Assembly: GCA_050947035.1 (NCBI GenBank)
Contig: JBMNVW010000001.1
Span: 1-46,966 of the forward strand
Direction: 5' to 3'
Length of the DNA stretch: 46,966 nt
DNA from: Patescibacteria group bacterium
Lineage (GTDB): Bacteria > Patescibacteriota > Microgenomatia > 0-14-0-10-38-17
Shown here piece by piece: positions 34,794 to 44,570 of this stretch. Position numbers and translations under genes: made by a program. The first letter of the stretch is position 1. Each line of letters starts with the position of its first letter. The notes under the pieces are model-generated. The model worked only from the letters and a program-made list of their open reading frames with translations, ran no database searches and was not told where the DNA came from.

Positions 34794-36989
34794 TTACTCT
34801 CCTGCTTCCATGGTAATAGTAATATTATCGGCTCGGTGGGGCAGAGTCAATAAAAAATCAGGCATCGGCGGTGAAAAACGAACCTCAAAACTATCAACAC
34901 TAGGTAAAAGCGAAAGATAATCCTTAATCGTGTTTAGCCTTTTCCCGGCAACCTTTTTTTTAACTTCATCCTCATCAATCTCCGGATAAAGATTGGCTCC
35001 AAAACTAAAATCAAAAAGCGCCCCCCTGTCCTGTTCTTCAATGAACTTAAAATCAACCTTTTTTTCTGTTCCTAAAACAAAACCTGATGGTATTTGCTGT
35101 TTTAACAGTTCCTCAGTCAAGCGATTCAGATCCTCCTCCTGATAAACCAAGCCAGTTAGGGTAACCTCAACGGTCAAGGATAATTGTTCTGTTTCCTCAT
35201 CTGGCGCATGACTAAAATCTTCTTTTTTTAAATCAACGCTTAGGCTCTGACCAATTAGCTTTTCCCCTGAAGAAAGTTGTTCAGCCAACTTTTCTTCTCC
35301 TTGGGACTCTATTAGCGATAAAAGCTGGTCTTTTAAGTTTTCTTGGTCTTCTTCGGCAACAACTTTTACTTCTTGGCTGCTGCCACCAGAAAAGGCTTCT
35401 TCATTTTTTGCCACAAAATTTTCTTTTATAAAAGAGGCCACTTCAAACTCTTCTCCGGCCGATAGATTATAGTCTTGGCCAATGTCGCCAGCTCTTATGG
35501 CAACTGCCTTTTTACTGGGAGTAGTTATTTGATTGTAGTCTTCATCAACATCCACCTCGGCCGGATCAACCGTAACCTCTTCTTCAGTTAAAAATTCTAA
35601 ACCCTCGCCAGAAACTAACGGGGTGTCTTTTTCAAAAGTTTTTTCAATTGTCGTCCGATTATAAATTATCACCTCGCCGGTCGCCTTGTCGCCAACCAAT
35701 TTTTCACCGGTTGTCCTAACAGAACTGGCTTTCTCAATAACAACCTCTACTTGACGAGCAGGAATAATTTTTTCCTCAACCTTAACTTCGCTTTCACCAA
35801 CGGCCACTAACAAAGAGGTCTCATCTTGAGAATATTTTGGCGCCACCGATAAAACAACTTCCGCCTTGGGAAAATACCACCAAATTGCTCCCAAAACACC
35901 AAGTAAAAAAATCGCACCAATCAAAACAAACAACAACCCCTTCGACCAACCCCTATCGCCCCTTGTTTCTCTTGAGGAAATCTTAAATTTCGGCCCTTTA
36001 ATTCGAGTGAAAAAGTTTTTTACTTTACTAAAAATAGCCAATTTCTCCAGCTGTTTTTCTTTTTCTGGTTCTTCTTGATCATCAGGCAAAAAAGCAAGGT
36101 CGTCTTTTCCTTGAAAAGATTTTTCTAAACTAGCAATATCCTGATTTTTAACAAAGCCCAAGGCGCCAGTTTCCCCTTGAGAAATTGATTCCTCTGAAGA
36201 AGGGTCTGCCTTATCTTCGCCTTGATCAGGGGGTTCTTCCGGCTCTTTCTCTGGCAAAAAACCCCTAGCCTGATTGGCCAGGGTGGCAAAAGTTTTCTGA
36301 TAAGGAAAGGTGTCCACTTTGGGCAAATGGGCAAAAAGCGGTTTGGGTTCTGTTTCCACCCAAGGATAAGCTAAGAAGTCGCCTCGAACTGTGTCCAAAT
36401 CTTCTTGGCCCAAAAGTAGAATTCGCGGCGGAAAAGGCTGATTAAAATCAAAACGAGCCAAGCCCTCTTCCAAGTCCAGGGCGACACTTTCACTTCTTTC
36501 AACTACCTCAACTCCTAAAATTTGACCGCGGATGATAGGAAAAACAACTAACTTTTCTTCACCAACAGAAATTGCTACTAAATTAACCAGGCTGTCATCT
36601 TCCTGGTTTTTAAAATAGGCAAGAAGCAACTCCCCTTCCGGAACAAAACCCAAAGACTGGCCTTGAAGACGATTAATAATCTTTTTTAAAAGACCGGAAA
36701 ACTCTTTATTGATTTGGTCGGATTCATCCACCCAATATTGAGGAACAGCAAAAACAACTGGAGCTCGATCGGACAAATGACGCTTATCTTCAGGCAATAG
36801 AGACCAAGCTTCTTTATAACTAGCCTCAACGGCCGATAACAGCTCTTCTTGATCGAGGTAGACCTCTTCGCCACCCTTGGCTAAAAAATCAATTGATTCT
36901 GGACCTTGTCGATTAGAATAAGTCCAAAAAACAACTCTAACCCGATCAATGCTAATGGCAACCGCCAAAAAAATTTTCTTCTGACTCAT
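34794..36989 (-). CDS. Single-pass membrane protein with a baseplate J/gp47-like extracellular region
   Basis: Central TM followed by PKAEVVL, KATGEVIIYN, AGDIGQDYNL, FSGGS motifs, recalled from CPR/Chloroflexi baseplate-J-like proteins. Confidence 0.6.
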   Translation of the reverse strand: MSQKKIFLAVAISIDRVRVVFWTYSNRQGPESIDFLAKGGEEVYLDQEELLSAVEASYKEAWSLLPEDKRHLSDRAPVVFAVPQYWVDESDQINKEFSGLLKKIINRLQGQSLGFVPEGELLLAYFKNQEDDSLVNLVAISVGEEKLVVFPIIRGQILGVEVVERSESVALDLEEGLARFDFNQPFPPRILLLGQEDLDTVRGDFLAYPWVETEPKPLFAHLPKVDTFPYQKTFATLANQARGFLPEKEPEEPPDQGEDKADPSSEESISQGETGALGFVKNQDIASLEKSFQGKDDLAFLPDDQEEPEKEKQLEKLAIFSKVKNFFTRIKGPKFKISSRETRGDRGWSKGLLFVLIGAIFLLGVLGAIWWYFPKAEVVLSVAPKYSQDETSLLVAVGESEVKVEEKIIPARQVEVVIEKASSVRTTGEKLVGDKATGEVIIYNRTTIEKTFEKDTPLVSGEGLEFLTEEEVTVDPAEVDVDEDYNQITTPSKKAVAIRAGDIGQDYNLSAGEEFEVASFIKENFVAKNEEAFSGGSSQEVKVVAEEDQENLKDQLLSLIESQGEEKLAEQLSSGEKLIGQSLSVDLKKEDFSHAPDEETEQLSLTVEVTLTGLVYQEEDLNRLTEELLKQQIPSGFVLGTEKKVDFKFIEEQDRGALFDFSFGANLYPEIDEDEVKKKVAGKRLNTIKDYLSLLPSVDSFEVRFSPPMPDFLLTLPHRADNITITMEAGE

Positions 36990-37029
36990 AAAGCTTTTTC
37001 CTAGGGCAGATTTAAAAAGCCCAAAAATA

Positions 37030-38826
37030 CTAATCCTCTTCTAGAATACCATAAATCCTTCTTTTCCCGGAACCAACAGACTTTTCTTTAGTAATAACAA
37101 ACCGGCCCATCTGGCCGGTTTTTTCAAGATGAGGACCACCACAAACCTCTTGGGAGAAATCACCAATTTTATAAACTCGAACCTTTTCTTGGTGATAACG
37201 ATCAGCAAAAAAAGCTAAAGCCCCCTCCTCTTGAGCCTTTGATAAAGACATTTCCTTAAAGGTAATCGGCAAATCAGCCTTTATTTGTTGGTTAACCACC
37301 TTTTCAATTTGTTTTATTTCTTCTTTGGTTAAAGCCTTGGGATGAGTAAAATCAAAACGCAGCCGTTGGCTAGTAATGTTTGAGCCGGTTTGATGAACGT
37401 GCTTACCCAAAACCTCTCTTAGGGCCTGATGCAAAAGGTGGGTGGCCGTATGGTAGGCAATCACCTTATCGGAATCATCAGCCAAGCCCCCTTTAAATTT
37501 TTTATCAGAACGGGATTTCTCTTGATGATCTTTTTTAGCCTGAGCCAACTCCTGGTCAACCTGATCGGAAATAGCAATCGATTGCTTGGTAAATTCTTCT
37601 TGAACTAGACCGGGCCGAAGACCAAAAGTTTGAGTAAAATAAAAAATTTCCTCACCGGAAACCGGGCGGGCTTGTTTTTTCTTCTTCTTGGCCAAAGAAA
37701 TAATTTCTTTTTTGCCTCGATTAATCGCCTGACGATAGGCTTGCTCTTCTGCTGATAAAATCTGATCAAGATTTTCTTTTTCTCTAGCCAGGTGGGGATA
37801 AGCCGATTGATACTGATCAACAATGACCGGAGTTAAGCCATCAAGATTGGGTAAATCAATTTTATCAGCGGCATCAACCGAACGCCTAATCAGACGCCGC
37901 AAAATATAACCCTGTTCTTGATTGCCCGGCAAAACACCATCGGCAATCAAAAAAACACTGGCCCGAACATGATCGGCAATAAGATTAACAAACCGGACTA
38001 ACTGTTCATCTTGGTCATAATTTATCCCAGACAAGCTGGCAATCTTGGCAACCAAGGGAGCAAAAAGATCAGTAGCAAAAACACTGTTCTTGTTCTGTAA
38101 AACCATTGCCAAACGCTCCAAGCCCGCCCCAGTATCAACACTATTAAAAGGCAATGGCTGATATTGGCCCTTTGGGGTTTGTTCATATTGCATAAATACT
38201 CCCGCATTCCAAATTTCTAAAAATCGATCGCAATCGCAACCGGGCCGGCAAGTTTTTTGACCACAGCCAAAATTTGGCCCTCGATCAAGATAAACTTCAG
38301 TTGAGGGACCACAAGGGCCAACCTTCCCTGCCCGCCAAAAATTATCTTTATAGCCTAAGCCGACAATATGGTCAGGTTTCATACCCGCTAATTGCCAAAA
38401 TTGAGCCGAATCTTTATCAGCGAGAATTTGAGGATGTTTGGAATCAGAGGCAAAATAGGTAGCCCAAAGTTTATCGGGAGGAAAATCTAAAACCTTCGTC
38501 AAAAATTCCCAGGCCAAATTAATTGCCTCTTCTTTAAAATAATCACCAATTGACCAAGAACCGAGCATTTCAAAAAAAGACAGGGTTCGAGCATTTTGAC
38601 CGACTTTTTTAATGTCCGTTGTCCGCAAACACCGTTGAACATTAACTAATCGTGAATGGGGGGGTTTTTCTAAACCCAAAAAATAAGGCTTAAAGGCCAC
38701 CATGCCAGCCGAAGTAAATAATAGAGTAGGGTCGTTTTCCGGCACTAGAGGAATTTGCGGCATAATTTGATGATCGTGGTCAACAAAAAAGTGCAAAAAT
38801 TTTTCTTGAATTTCTCGAGCCTTCAT
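37030..38826 (-). CDS. alaS: Alanine--tRNA ligase, short form without the C-Ala domain
   Basis: DPTLLFTSAGM, FFEMLG, GPCGP, DTGAGLER, HTATHLL, EVCGGPH. ATG at 38826 preferred. Confidence 0.96.
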   Translation of the reverse strand: MKAREIQEKFLHFFVDHDHQIMPQIPLVPENDPTLLFTSAGMVAFKPYFLGLEKPPHSRLVNVQRCLRTTDIKKVGQNARTLSFFEMLGSWSIGDYFKEEAINLAWEFLTKVLDFPPDKLWATYFASDSKHPQILADKDSAQFWQLAGMKPDHIVGLGYKDNFWRAGKVGPCGPSTEVYLDRGPNFGCGQKTCRPGCDCDRFLEIWNAGVFMQYEQTPKGQYQPLPFNSVDTGAGLERLAMVLQNKNSVFATDLFAPLVAKIASLSGINYDQDEQLVRFVNLIADHVRASVFLIADGVLPGNQEQGYILRRLIRRSVDAADKIDLPNLDGLTPVIVDQYQSAYPHLAREKENLDQILSAEEQAYRQAINRGKKEIISLAKKKKKQARPVSGEEIFYFTQTFGLRPGLVQEEFTKQSIAISDQVDQELAQAKKDHQEKSRSDKKFKGGLADDSDKVIAYHTATHLLHQALREVLGKHVHQTGSNITSQRLRFDFTHPKALTKEEIKQIEKVVNQQIKADLPITFKEMSLSKAQEEGALAFFADRYHQEKVRVYKIGDFSQEVCGGPHLEKTGQMGRFVITKEKSVGSGKRRIYGILEED

Positions 38827-38905
38827 CTTGATCTTGATTATATGACAAAAATCAATCCAAAACAAAATAGTCCACCTCGGGGGTGGAAAAGGGGGAGGTG
38901 GTCTT

Positions 38906-39217
38906 TTAAGACAGATTGCGGCCGTTGCGATAAAAAGATCGTGAAGAAGAATCTGGTTTTATCTTAGAAGACAGGCCAACTGAAACCGGAGGCTTAGCGT
39001 TTTTTTCTTTAGACTCTTTTTCCTGCTTCTGATTAGAATCAAAAGATGATTCGGCAAAAAAATTATCCTGATTTTGTTTTTTCAAAAATAATTGAAAAGC
39101 CTTGGCGGCTTGCCGCAATTGTTTAATCAAGCCAAAAACCTGAAAACCCAAAAAAACAGACAAAGCCGTAAGAACCAAAACAACCACCATTAGCAGAATT
39201 TGAATCGCGCTAAACAT
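38906..39217 (-). CDS. Hypothetical small membrane protein
   Basis: N-terminal hydrophobic helix and charged tail; co-oriented with alaS. Confidence 0.7.
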   Translation of the reverse strand: MFSAIQILLMVVVLVLTALSVFLGFQVFGLIKQLRQAAKAFQLFLKKQNQDNFFAESSFDSNQKQEKESKEKNAKPPVSVGLSSKIKPDSSSRSFYRNGRNLS

Positions 39218-39270
39218 TACCTTTAATAATAAAGCATGAAAAGGGTTTCGTCTAGGAAGAGAGCAAAAAT

Positions 39271-39372
39271 AATTATTCTAATTAACCTAATTGCTCTAAC
39301 CTATCCGTCTTTGGTGGATTATTCTAAGAAAAACCCCAATTTCCCCAACTGGCGCGCACTAAAGTGCGCTAC
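39271..39372. repeat. 9-nt array interrupted by a 19-nt insert, followed by a GTAG-type REP
   Basis: AATTATTCT AATTAACCT AATTGCTCT AA[CCTATCCGTCTTTGGTGGA]TTATTCT; GCGCGCACTAAAGTGCGCTAC at 39352-39372. Confidence 0.75.
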
Positions 39373-39396
39373 TCCAACCCTTTTCGGAGTTTTTTC

Positions 39397-39564
39397 GGGC
39401 GCCCACAAAGGGCGCCCCTACCGTATGTTGTGTTTTGTTGTCGTTTCCCCCCGTAGGGGCGGACCCATGTGTCCGCCCGTCATTATTAATCACAATAATC
39501 CCATGAATATGATTGGGCATGATTTGGTAAATATCCAAATCAACGTTTTGGTAACGATTGGGTA
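39397..39564 (-). pseudogene. RAYT remnant: HUH segment with internal GTAGGGG-type REPs
   Basis: Minus frame reads PNRYQNVDLDIYQIMPNHIHGIIVINNDGRTHGSAPT..., homologous to 17575-18156; REPs at 39397-39421 and 39453-39478; no recognisable N- or C-terminal RAYT motifs. Confidence 0.8.
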
Positions 39565-39615
39565 ATTGAAAAATTGAAAATTTATTGAAAATTGGAAATT
39601 GGAAATTGGAAATTT
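39563..39615. repeat. 7-nt tandem half-arm (AAATTGG)n
   Basis: AATTGAAAAATTGAAAATTTATTGAAAATTGGAAATTGGAAATTGGAAATT. Confidence 0.8.
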
Positions 39616-39621
39616 AATTCT

Positions 39622-40251
39622 CTACTCTTCCTGACAGACAAACCTTCTGGTTAACTGTCCTTCTTCTCCTTTGGGGTTGGCGGCCTCAATTAAAAGCAAA
39701 TTCTCTCCTTGTTGACAATCAATGGTTGTCTTGAAGGAACCATTTTCTTCTAACAAAATCTTTTCCCCGTTAACAGCCACAACATCGCCTCGCCTTACCC
39801 GGCCCTGAACAACAACCTCTTGACCAATAATGACTTCTCCTTCTCGAGGGGACTTAAGTTTTAAGACCGGAGGCCCATCGAGAAGAAAAGAGCGAGAATA
39901 ATAAAAAAAACCGGCCAGGATAATTAAAATTATACTAGCGGCGCCAATGGTATGAGCTGGTGTCCAAGCATTGTTCTCGCCTTGCAGTTCCTTCGGTAAA
40001 ACCGAAGTCGGATTACCCTCATAGTCACGACGAAAAATAGCACTCATTTTAATAGTATCCAACCCTAGGGTTTGAGAATAGGCTGATAAAACACCGGTAA
40101 TAATGGGCGCGCCACCTGGAATAGCCCCATAATCATCTTTTTCTAGAGCTCGCAAATACTCTTCTCGAACCTTTATTTTTTTAGCCAAATCGATAATTTT
40201 TTTATCTTGCTTTTGGCGTTCTTGGCACAAAATTTCTCCAACTGTTCTCAT
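39622..40251 (-). CDS. RodZ-like HTH membrane protein with a C-terminal Ig-like domain
   Basis: TVGEIL...LAKKIKVREEYLRALEKDDY...YSQTLGLD (HTH_25-like), TM helix, beta-rich tail; follows ftsK. Confidence 0.8.
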   Translation of the reverse strand: MRTVGEILCQERQKQDKKIIDLAKKIKVREEYLRALEKDDYGAIPGGAPIITGVLSAYSQTLGLDTIKMSAIFRRDYEGNPTSVLPKELQGENNAWTPAHTIGAASIILIILAGFFYYSRSFLLDGPPVLKLKSPREGEVIIGQEVVVQGRVRRGDVVAVNGEKILLEENGSFKTTIDCQQGENLLLIEAANPKGEEGQLTRRFVCQEE

Positions 40252-40290
40252 AATAAGATCTTAATAAACAAAAAAGTCTTTCTGCCTTAA

Positions 40291-42426
40291 TTAAGAAGAT
40301 AAACCACCGGCTTTTTTGGCTTCCTCAAGAGTATCAATTAACATCTCTCGAGGCTTAGAACCTTCTGGAGGACCAATAATACCAGCCGCTTCTAGTTCAT
40401 CTAAAATTCGAGCCGACCGAGCATAACCAATTTGAAGCCGACGCATTAGGAGCGAAGAAGAAGCTCGGTTGCGTTTATAAATTACTTCAATGGCTTCTTC
40501 AAAAAGTTCGTCTCGATCATCACCAACCTGAACTCGACCTCGAGAGTCAGTTTTTACCGGTGTTTCTAGAACTTCCTCTGTATAAACTGGTTCTACCCCC
40601 GTATCCTTTAAAAAATCGACTAATTTTTTAATTTCTTTTTCACTAACAAAAGCGCCCTGAATCCGATGAGGTTTAGCCTGGTCAGGCGGTAAATAAAGCA
40701 TATCGCCCCGACCAAGAAGTTTTTCTGCTCCCGGAGAATCTAAGATTACCCGAGAATCAACCGATGAAGTAACCGCACAAGAAATTCGACAGGGAATATT
40801 AGCTTTAATTAAACCCGTTAAAACATCAACTGAAGGACGCTGAGTAGCAACAACCAAATGAATCCCGGTCGCTCTGGCCATTTGGGCTAAACGACAAATT
40901 CTCTCTTCAACATCGGAAGGAGCAAAAAGCATAATATCGGCTAACTCATCAATAACAATAACCAAATAGGGCATAGCGGCAAAACCTGATTTTTGATTAT
41001 AAGAATCAATGTTTCTAGCCCCAGCTTTAGAAAATTTTTTATAACGATCTTCCATTTCTCCCACTGCCCACTCAAGAGCAGAAATAACATTTTTAGGATC
41101 AACAATAACCGATGACTTCAAATGAGGTATTCCTTCATAAACAGATAGTTCCACTCTTTTAGGATCAACCAAAATTAATTTGACCTCTTCAGGAGTGGTT
41201 CGAAAAAGAAGAGAAGCAATCCAGGAATTTAATAAAACACTTTTACCAGAACCGGTTTGCCCGGCAATTAAAACATGGGGCATTTTATCAAATCGACCAA
41301 CAATCGGCTCACCAGAAACCCCCAAACCTAAGGGCACTGCCAGTTTTGACTTTTCCTGGCGCATTTTATCAGACAAAAGCATTTCTTTCAGAGTAACAAT
41401 TTCGGGAGACCGATTGGGCAACTCAATACCAGCCAAAGAGCGGCCAGGAATTGGGGCCTCAATACGAATTTGACCGGTTGGCGAAGCTAGAGCAGAAGCT
41501 AAGTTGTCAGAAAGGCCAGTTATTTTAGAAAGCTTGGTTCCTAGAGCAACTTTAATAGCATATTGAGTTACCGCCGGACCGGGATTAACCTCGACTACTC
41601 GAGCTGAAATCCCAAAAGAATCCAGGGTTTCCTCGATGATGTTGGCGTTCTTATTGACATTGCCCCGATCAGCTTTGCCTCCCGGCTTATCGCTTAGCAA
41701 ACCCAAATTAGGATAACGCCAAACATCTCCTCTGGCGCCAGGAATTTGAATTAAAGCTGTTTCTTCCTCCACCTTTTTTTTGCTTTTCGGTTTATCCGAC
41801 TTGCTAGCCTTATCTTTTTCTTTTTGGGCTCGATTAATAATTTTAAGGTTTTTGCTTTTTTGCTTTTTCTTCGAAGAAAAATTTTCTTCATCAGAAGAAT
41901 AAGAGCGAGCAGAAGCGGTTTTTTCCTCTTCTTCAACAAAAAAGCCCTTTATTGTCGAAAAAACCCGAGCAATATTATTGACAATGCCCTCAATAGAGGT
42001 ATCAAACAAAATAATAATACCAATCAAGCTGCCAGCCAAATAGGCCGACATCGAACCGATTCTGCCAATATAGCCTGACAACCAAGATCTTAAAAAAGAA
42101 CCGACCGACCCGGTTTGCCCCAAGCCCAATAAACAAACAAAAAAGGTAACGGCTCCAATCAAAACATTAGGGCTGGCCCAAGAATTTTTAAGACCGGAAA
42201 GAACAAGTCCAAAAGATAATAAAACAAAAGAAAATAAAAAAGCGGTCCAACCAAAAACATCAATTAATTTTTGATTAATAGTCGTCAGGGTGGGCACTCG
42301 TCGAGAAAAAGAAACTAAAACTAAAAGAGCTAGGCTAATAAAAATAATCGCCAAGACTGACGATAAAGTATTCTTCTTTATGGGAAAGCCAAGAGTTTTC
42401 TTTTTAGGACGACCTCGTTTAGCCAT
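40291..42426 (-). CDS. ftsK: DNA translocase FtsK/SpoIIIE
   Basis: N-terminal TM helices, PHVLIAGQTGSGKS, IDELAD, ATQRPS, gamma domain LQIGYARSARILDELE. ATG at 42426 preferred. Confidence 0.97.
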   Translation of the reverse strand: MAKRGRPKKKTLGFPIKKNTLSSVLAIIFISLALLVLVSFSRRVPTLTTINQKLIDVFGWTAFLFSFVLLSFGLVLSGLKNSWASPNVLIGAVTFFVCLLGLGQTGSVGSFLRSWLSGYIGRIGSMSAYLAGSLIGIIILFDTSIEGIVNNIARVFSTIKGFFVEEEEKTASARSYSSDEENFSSKKKQKSKNLKIINRAQKEKDKASKSDKPKSKKKVEEETALIQIPGARGDVWRYPNLGLLSDKPGGKADRGNVNKNANIIEETLDSFGISARVVEVNPGPAVTQYAIKVALGTKLSKITGLSDNLASALASPTGQIRIEAPIPGRSLAGIELPNRSPEIVTLKEMLLSDKMRQEKSKLAVPLGLGVSGEPIVGRFDKMPHVLIAGQTGSGKSVLLNSWIASLLFRTTPEEVKLILVDPKRVELSVYEGIPHLKSSVIVDPKNVISALEWAVGEMEDRYKKFSKAGARNIDSYNQKSGFAAMPYLVIVIDELADIMLFAPSDVEERICRLAQMARATGIHLVVATQRPSVDVLTGLIKANIPCRISCAVTSSVDSRVILDSPGAEKLLGRGDMLYLPPDQAKPHRIQGAFVSEKEIKKLVDFLKDTGVEPVYTEEVLETPVKTDSRGRVQVGDDRDELFEEAIEVIYKRNRASSSLLMRRLQIGYARSARILDELEAAGIIGPPEGSKPREMLIDTLEEAKKAGGLSS

Positions 42427-42587
42427 AATCTGATTACATCTTATAACCAATAGGGGCAGTTTGGCAAGAGCGGAGGAAAAAGGGGGGGGAAAGAAACTGT
42501 TTTTCTCTTTCCCAAAAAAAAGTGTGAGCCGGGGGCCTAGGACCTAAATCTATAACAGTAATGAGCGGGTTACATTGTTTGCTTGAA

Positions 42588-42806
42588 CGGGATTCTTCGG
42601 GAGTACCCTCCCCGCCTGCCATTGCTACGCTCAGGCATTAGCGGGCGGGCAGAATGACGGAAAGAAAAGCCTACCATCCTGAGGACCTCCTCCGCCCCCG
42701 TCATCCTGAGCCTCCGGCGAAGGATCTCGTTCGTTGGTTGCCTTCCCGGACGGGATTCTTCGGGAGTACCCTCAGAATGACAAAACAACAAAAGGCCCAG
42801 AATGAC
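42588..42806. repeat. Cluster of GTCAT...ATGAC palindromic elements, one carrying a 39-40 nt nested palindrome
   Basis: Full copy at 42700-42781; half copy at 42588-42658 interrupted at 42611-42649; extra CAGAATGAC near 42798. Confidence 0.85.
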
Positions 42807-42823
42807 AACCGCCCCTTTAGGGG

Positions 42824-44518
42824 TTATCTAAAAATCTTCTCTAATCTTTTTGTTACTTCATCATACTGAAGTAGTTCGGTTTTCTTTTGGTTCCTTTCTT
42901 TCCACTCTATCTTATCGCCTGTCTTATCAGAAACCACCAAGCGAACCGGGGTGCCAATAAGATCAGCGTCAGCAAATTTTTCTCCCGCCAAAACTTTATC
43001 TCGGTTATCATACAAAACCTCAAAACCATCTTTGGTTAACTTTTGATAAACCCCTTCCCCCTTATCTTCATTTTTACCCAAAACAATTAAGTAAACATGA
43101 AACGGGGCAATACTTTTAGGCCAAATAATCCCCTTGTCGTCATGATGAGCCTCGACCACCGTCGCCAAAGTTCGCCCTAAGCCAATACCATAACAACCCA
43201 TGTAAAAAGGTTTTTCTTGACCATCCTCATCAACAAAATTGGCCCTCTTCATTAATTTAGTATAGTGGTGGCCTAATTGAAAAATGTGTCCCACTTCAAT
43301 GCCCGTCTTTTTTTCAAGTTTTCCCTCTCGACAACGAGGACAAACATCTCCCTGGCCAGCATCAACAATATCGGCCAAAATTGGGTACTCAAAATCGCGA
43401 CCATAATTAACATTAATTGAATCGGTGGTTTTTTCTTTTTGCCCACCAATAAAATTTTTAACTGACTTTAACCCCAAATCACCAACATAAACTACCCCTT
43501 CATGGCCCCAAGAATGAACCCAGCCATGACGAGTCCCTAGGGCTTCTAAATCTTTATCTTCGGCAGAAACCAGGTTGTTAATATCCAAAACCCGTTTTAA
43601 CTTAGTTTCGTTAACCTCTTGATCTCCTCTTAGAGAAGCAATAATCAGCCGGCCCTGGCTATCTTTATAAACTACATTTTTTAAATAGCGCCATCGGGGT
43701 TCACCATAGTGCTTAAGATTGTCATCCATAGTTTCCACCCATTCGGGTTGATCGACAATCTTTAACGGCTTTATTTTTTCCTCAGGGTTTTTTTCTTGAC
43801 GAACAAATTCGGCTCGATCTTTGTTGGCCTGATAATCACAATGAGAACAAGCAAAAACTTCATCTTCACCGACAGAGGAAGGATAAATAAATTCGTGACA
43901 ATAATCGCCGCCAATATAACCGCTATCAGCCTCGACAACCAGAGTAGACAAACCTAATTTAGCAAAAATTGCCTGATAGGCTTCTTTCATTTTTTGATAT
44001 TCTTTCTCAAATTCTTCTTGATTTCGATCAAAAGAATAAGCGTCTTTCATAATGAATTCTCTAACTCGCAGCAATCCGCCTCGAGAACGTAGTTCGTCAC
44101 GAAACTTGGTAGAAAATTGATAAATATTAAAGGGTAAATCTCGATAAGAAAGATTCATTCTCCTGACCAAATCAACAAACATTTCCTCGGCTGTTCCGCC
44201 TAAAGCAAACTGAGCTCCGGTTCGACTTTTAACCGTCATTAGCTCAAAGGCAACCGAGTCGGTTCGATTGGTCTCCTGCCATAATTCAAGCGGATGAAGA
44301 GTCGGGGAAAGCATTTCTTGGGCCCCGGTCCGATTCATTTCCCGGCGAATTAAATCCTCAATTTTTTGGTGAACTCGCCACCCAAGAGGAAGAAAATAAT
44401 AATAGCCAGCCGCGCTTTGCCGAATAAAGCCACCTCGATAAAGAAGTTTGTGACTGGTTAATTTGGCTCCCCGAGGAGCAGTCTTAGTGGTCTTGCCAAA
44501 AAGATGAGAATAATACAC
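42824..44518 (-). CDS. proS: Proline--tRNA ligase, bacterial type with insertion domain
   Basis: KFRDELRSRGGLLRVREFIMKDAYSF, GIEVGHIFQLG, MGCYGIG, GEKFADADLIG. Confidence 0.97.
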   Translation of the reverse strand: MYYSHLFGKTTKTAPRGAKLTSHKLLYRGGFIRQSAAGYYYFLPLGWRVHQKIEDLIRREMNRTGAQEMLSPTLHPLELWQETNRTDSVAFELMTVKSRTGAQFALGGTAEEMFVDLVRRMNLSYRDLPFNIYQFSTKFRDELRSRGGLLRVREFIMKDAYSFDRNQEEFEKEYQKMKEAYQAIFAKLGLSTLVVEADSGYIGGDYCHEFIYPSSVGEDEVFACSHCDYQANKDRAEFVRQEKNPEEKIKPLKIVDQPEWVETMDDNLKHYGEPRWRYLKNVVYKDSQGRLIIASLRGDQEVNETKLKRVLDINNLVSAEDKDLEALGTRHGWVHSWGHEGVVYVGDLGLKSVKNFIGGQKEKTTDSINVNYGRDFEYPILADIVDAGQGDVCPRCREGKLEKKTGIEVGHIFQLGHHYTKLMKRANFVDEDGQEKPFYMGCYGIGLGRTLATVVEAHHDDKGIIWPKSIAPFHVYLIVLGKNEDKGEGVYQKLTKDGFEVLYDNRDKVLAGEKFADADLIGTPVRLVVSDKTGDKIEWKERNQKKTELLQYDEVTKRLEKIFR

Positions 44519-44570
44519 CTTTAAAAATTTCTAATAAAATTCATTGTTAAATTGCTTTTTTTGATTCGAA

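Noticed and set aside
34794-36989. Prophage or contractile injection system
   Set aside because: Isolated baseplate-J-like gene with a TM helix among housekeeping genes; no other phage or tail genes.
37030-38826. alaS as a truncated pseudogene
   Set aside because: Catalytic and editing motifs (HTATH, CGGPH) are intact with a clean stop; short AlaRS forms lacking C-Ala are known in several bacterial lineages.
38868-38895. T-box or fourth copy of the 19-nt element upstream of alaS (GTCCACCTCGGGGGTGGA)
   Set aside because: No T-box consensus and too little room; the hairpin has a different loop length and leader from the 19-nt element, so it cannot be assigned.
39236-39565. 109-aa plus-strand ORF
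   Set aside because: Made of repeats and the antisense of a RAYT remnant; no coding signature of its own.
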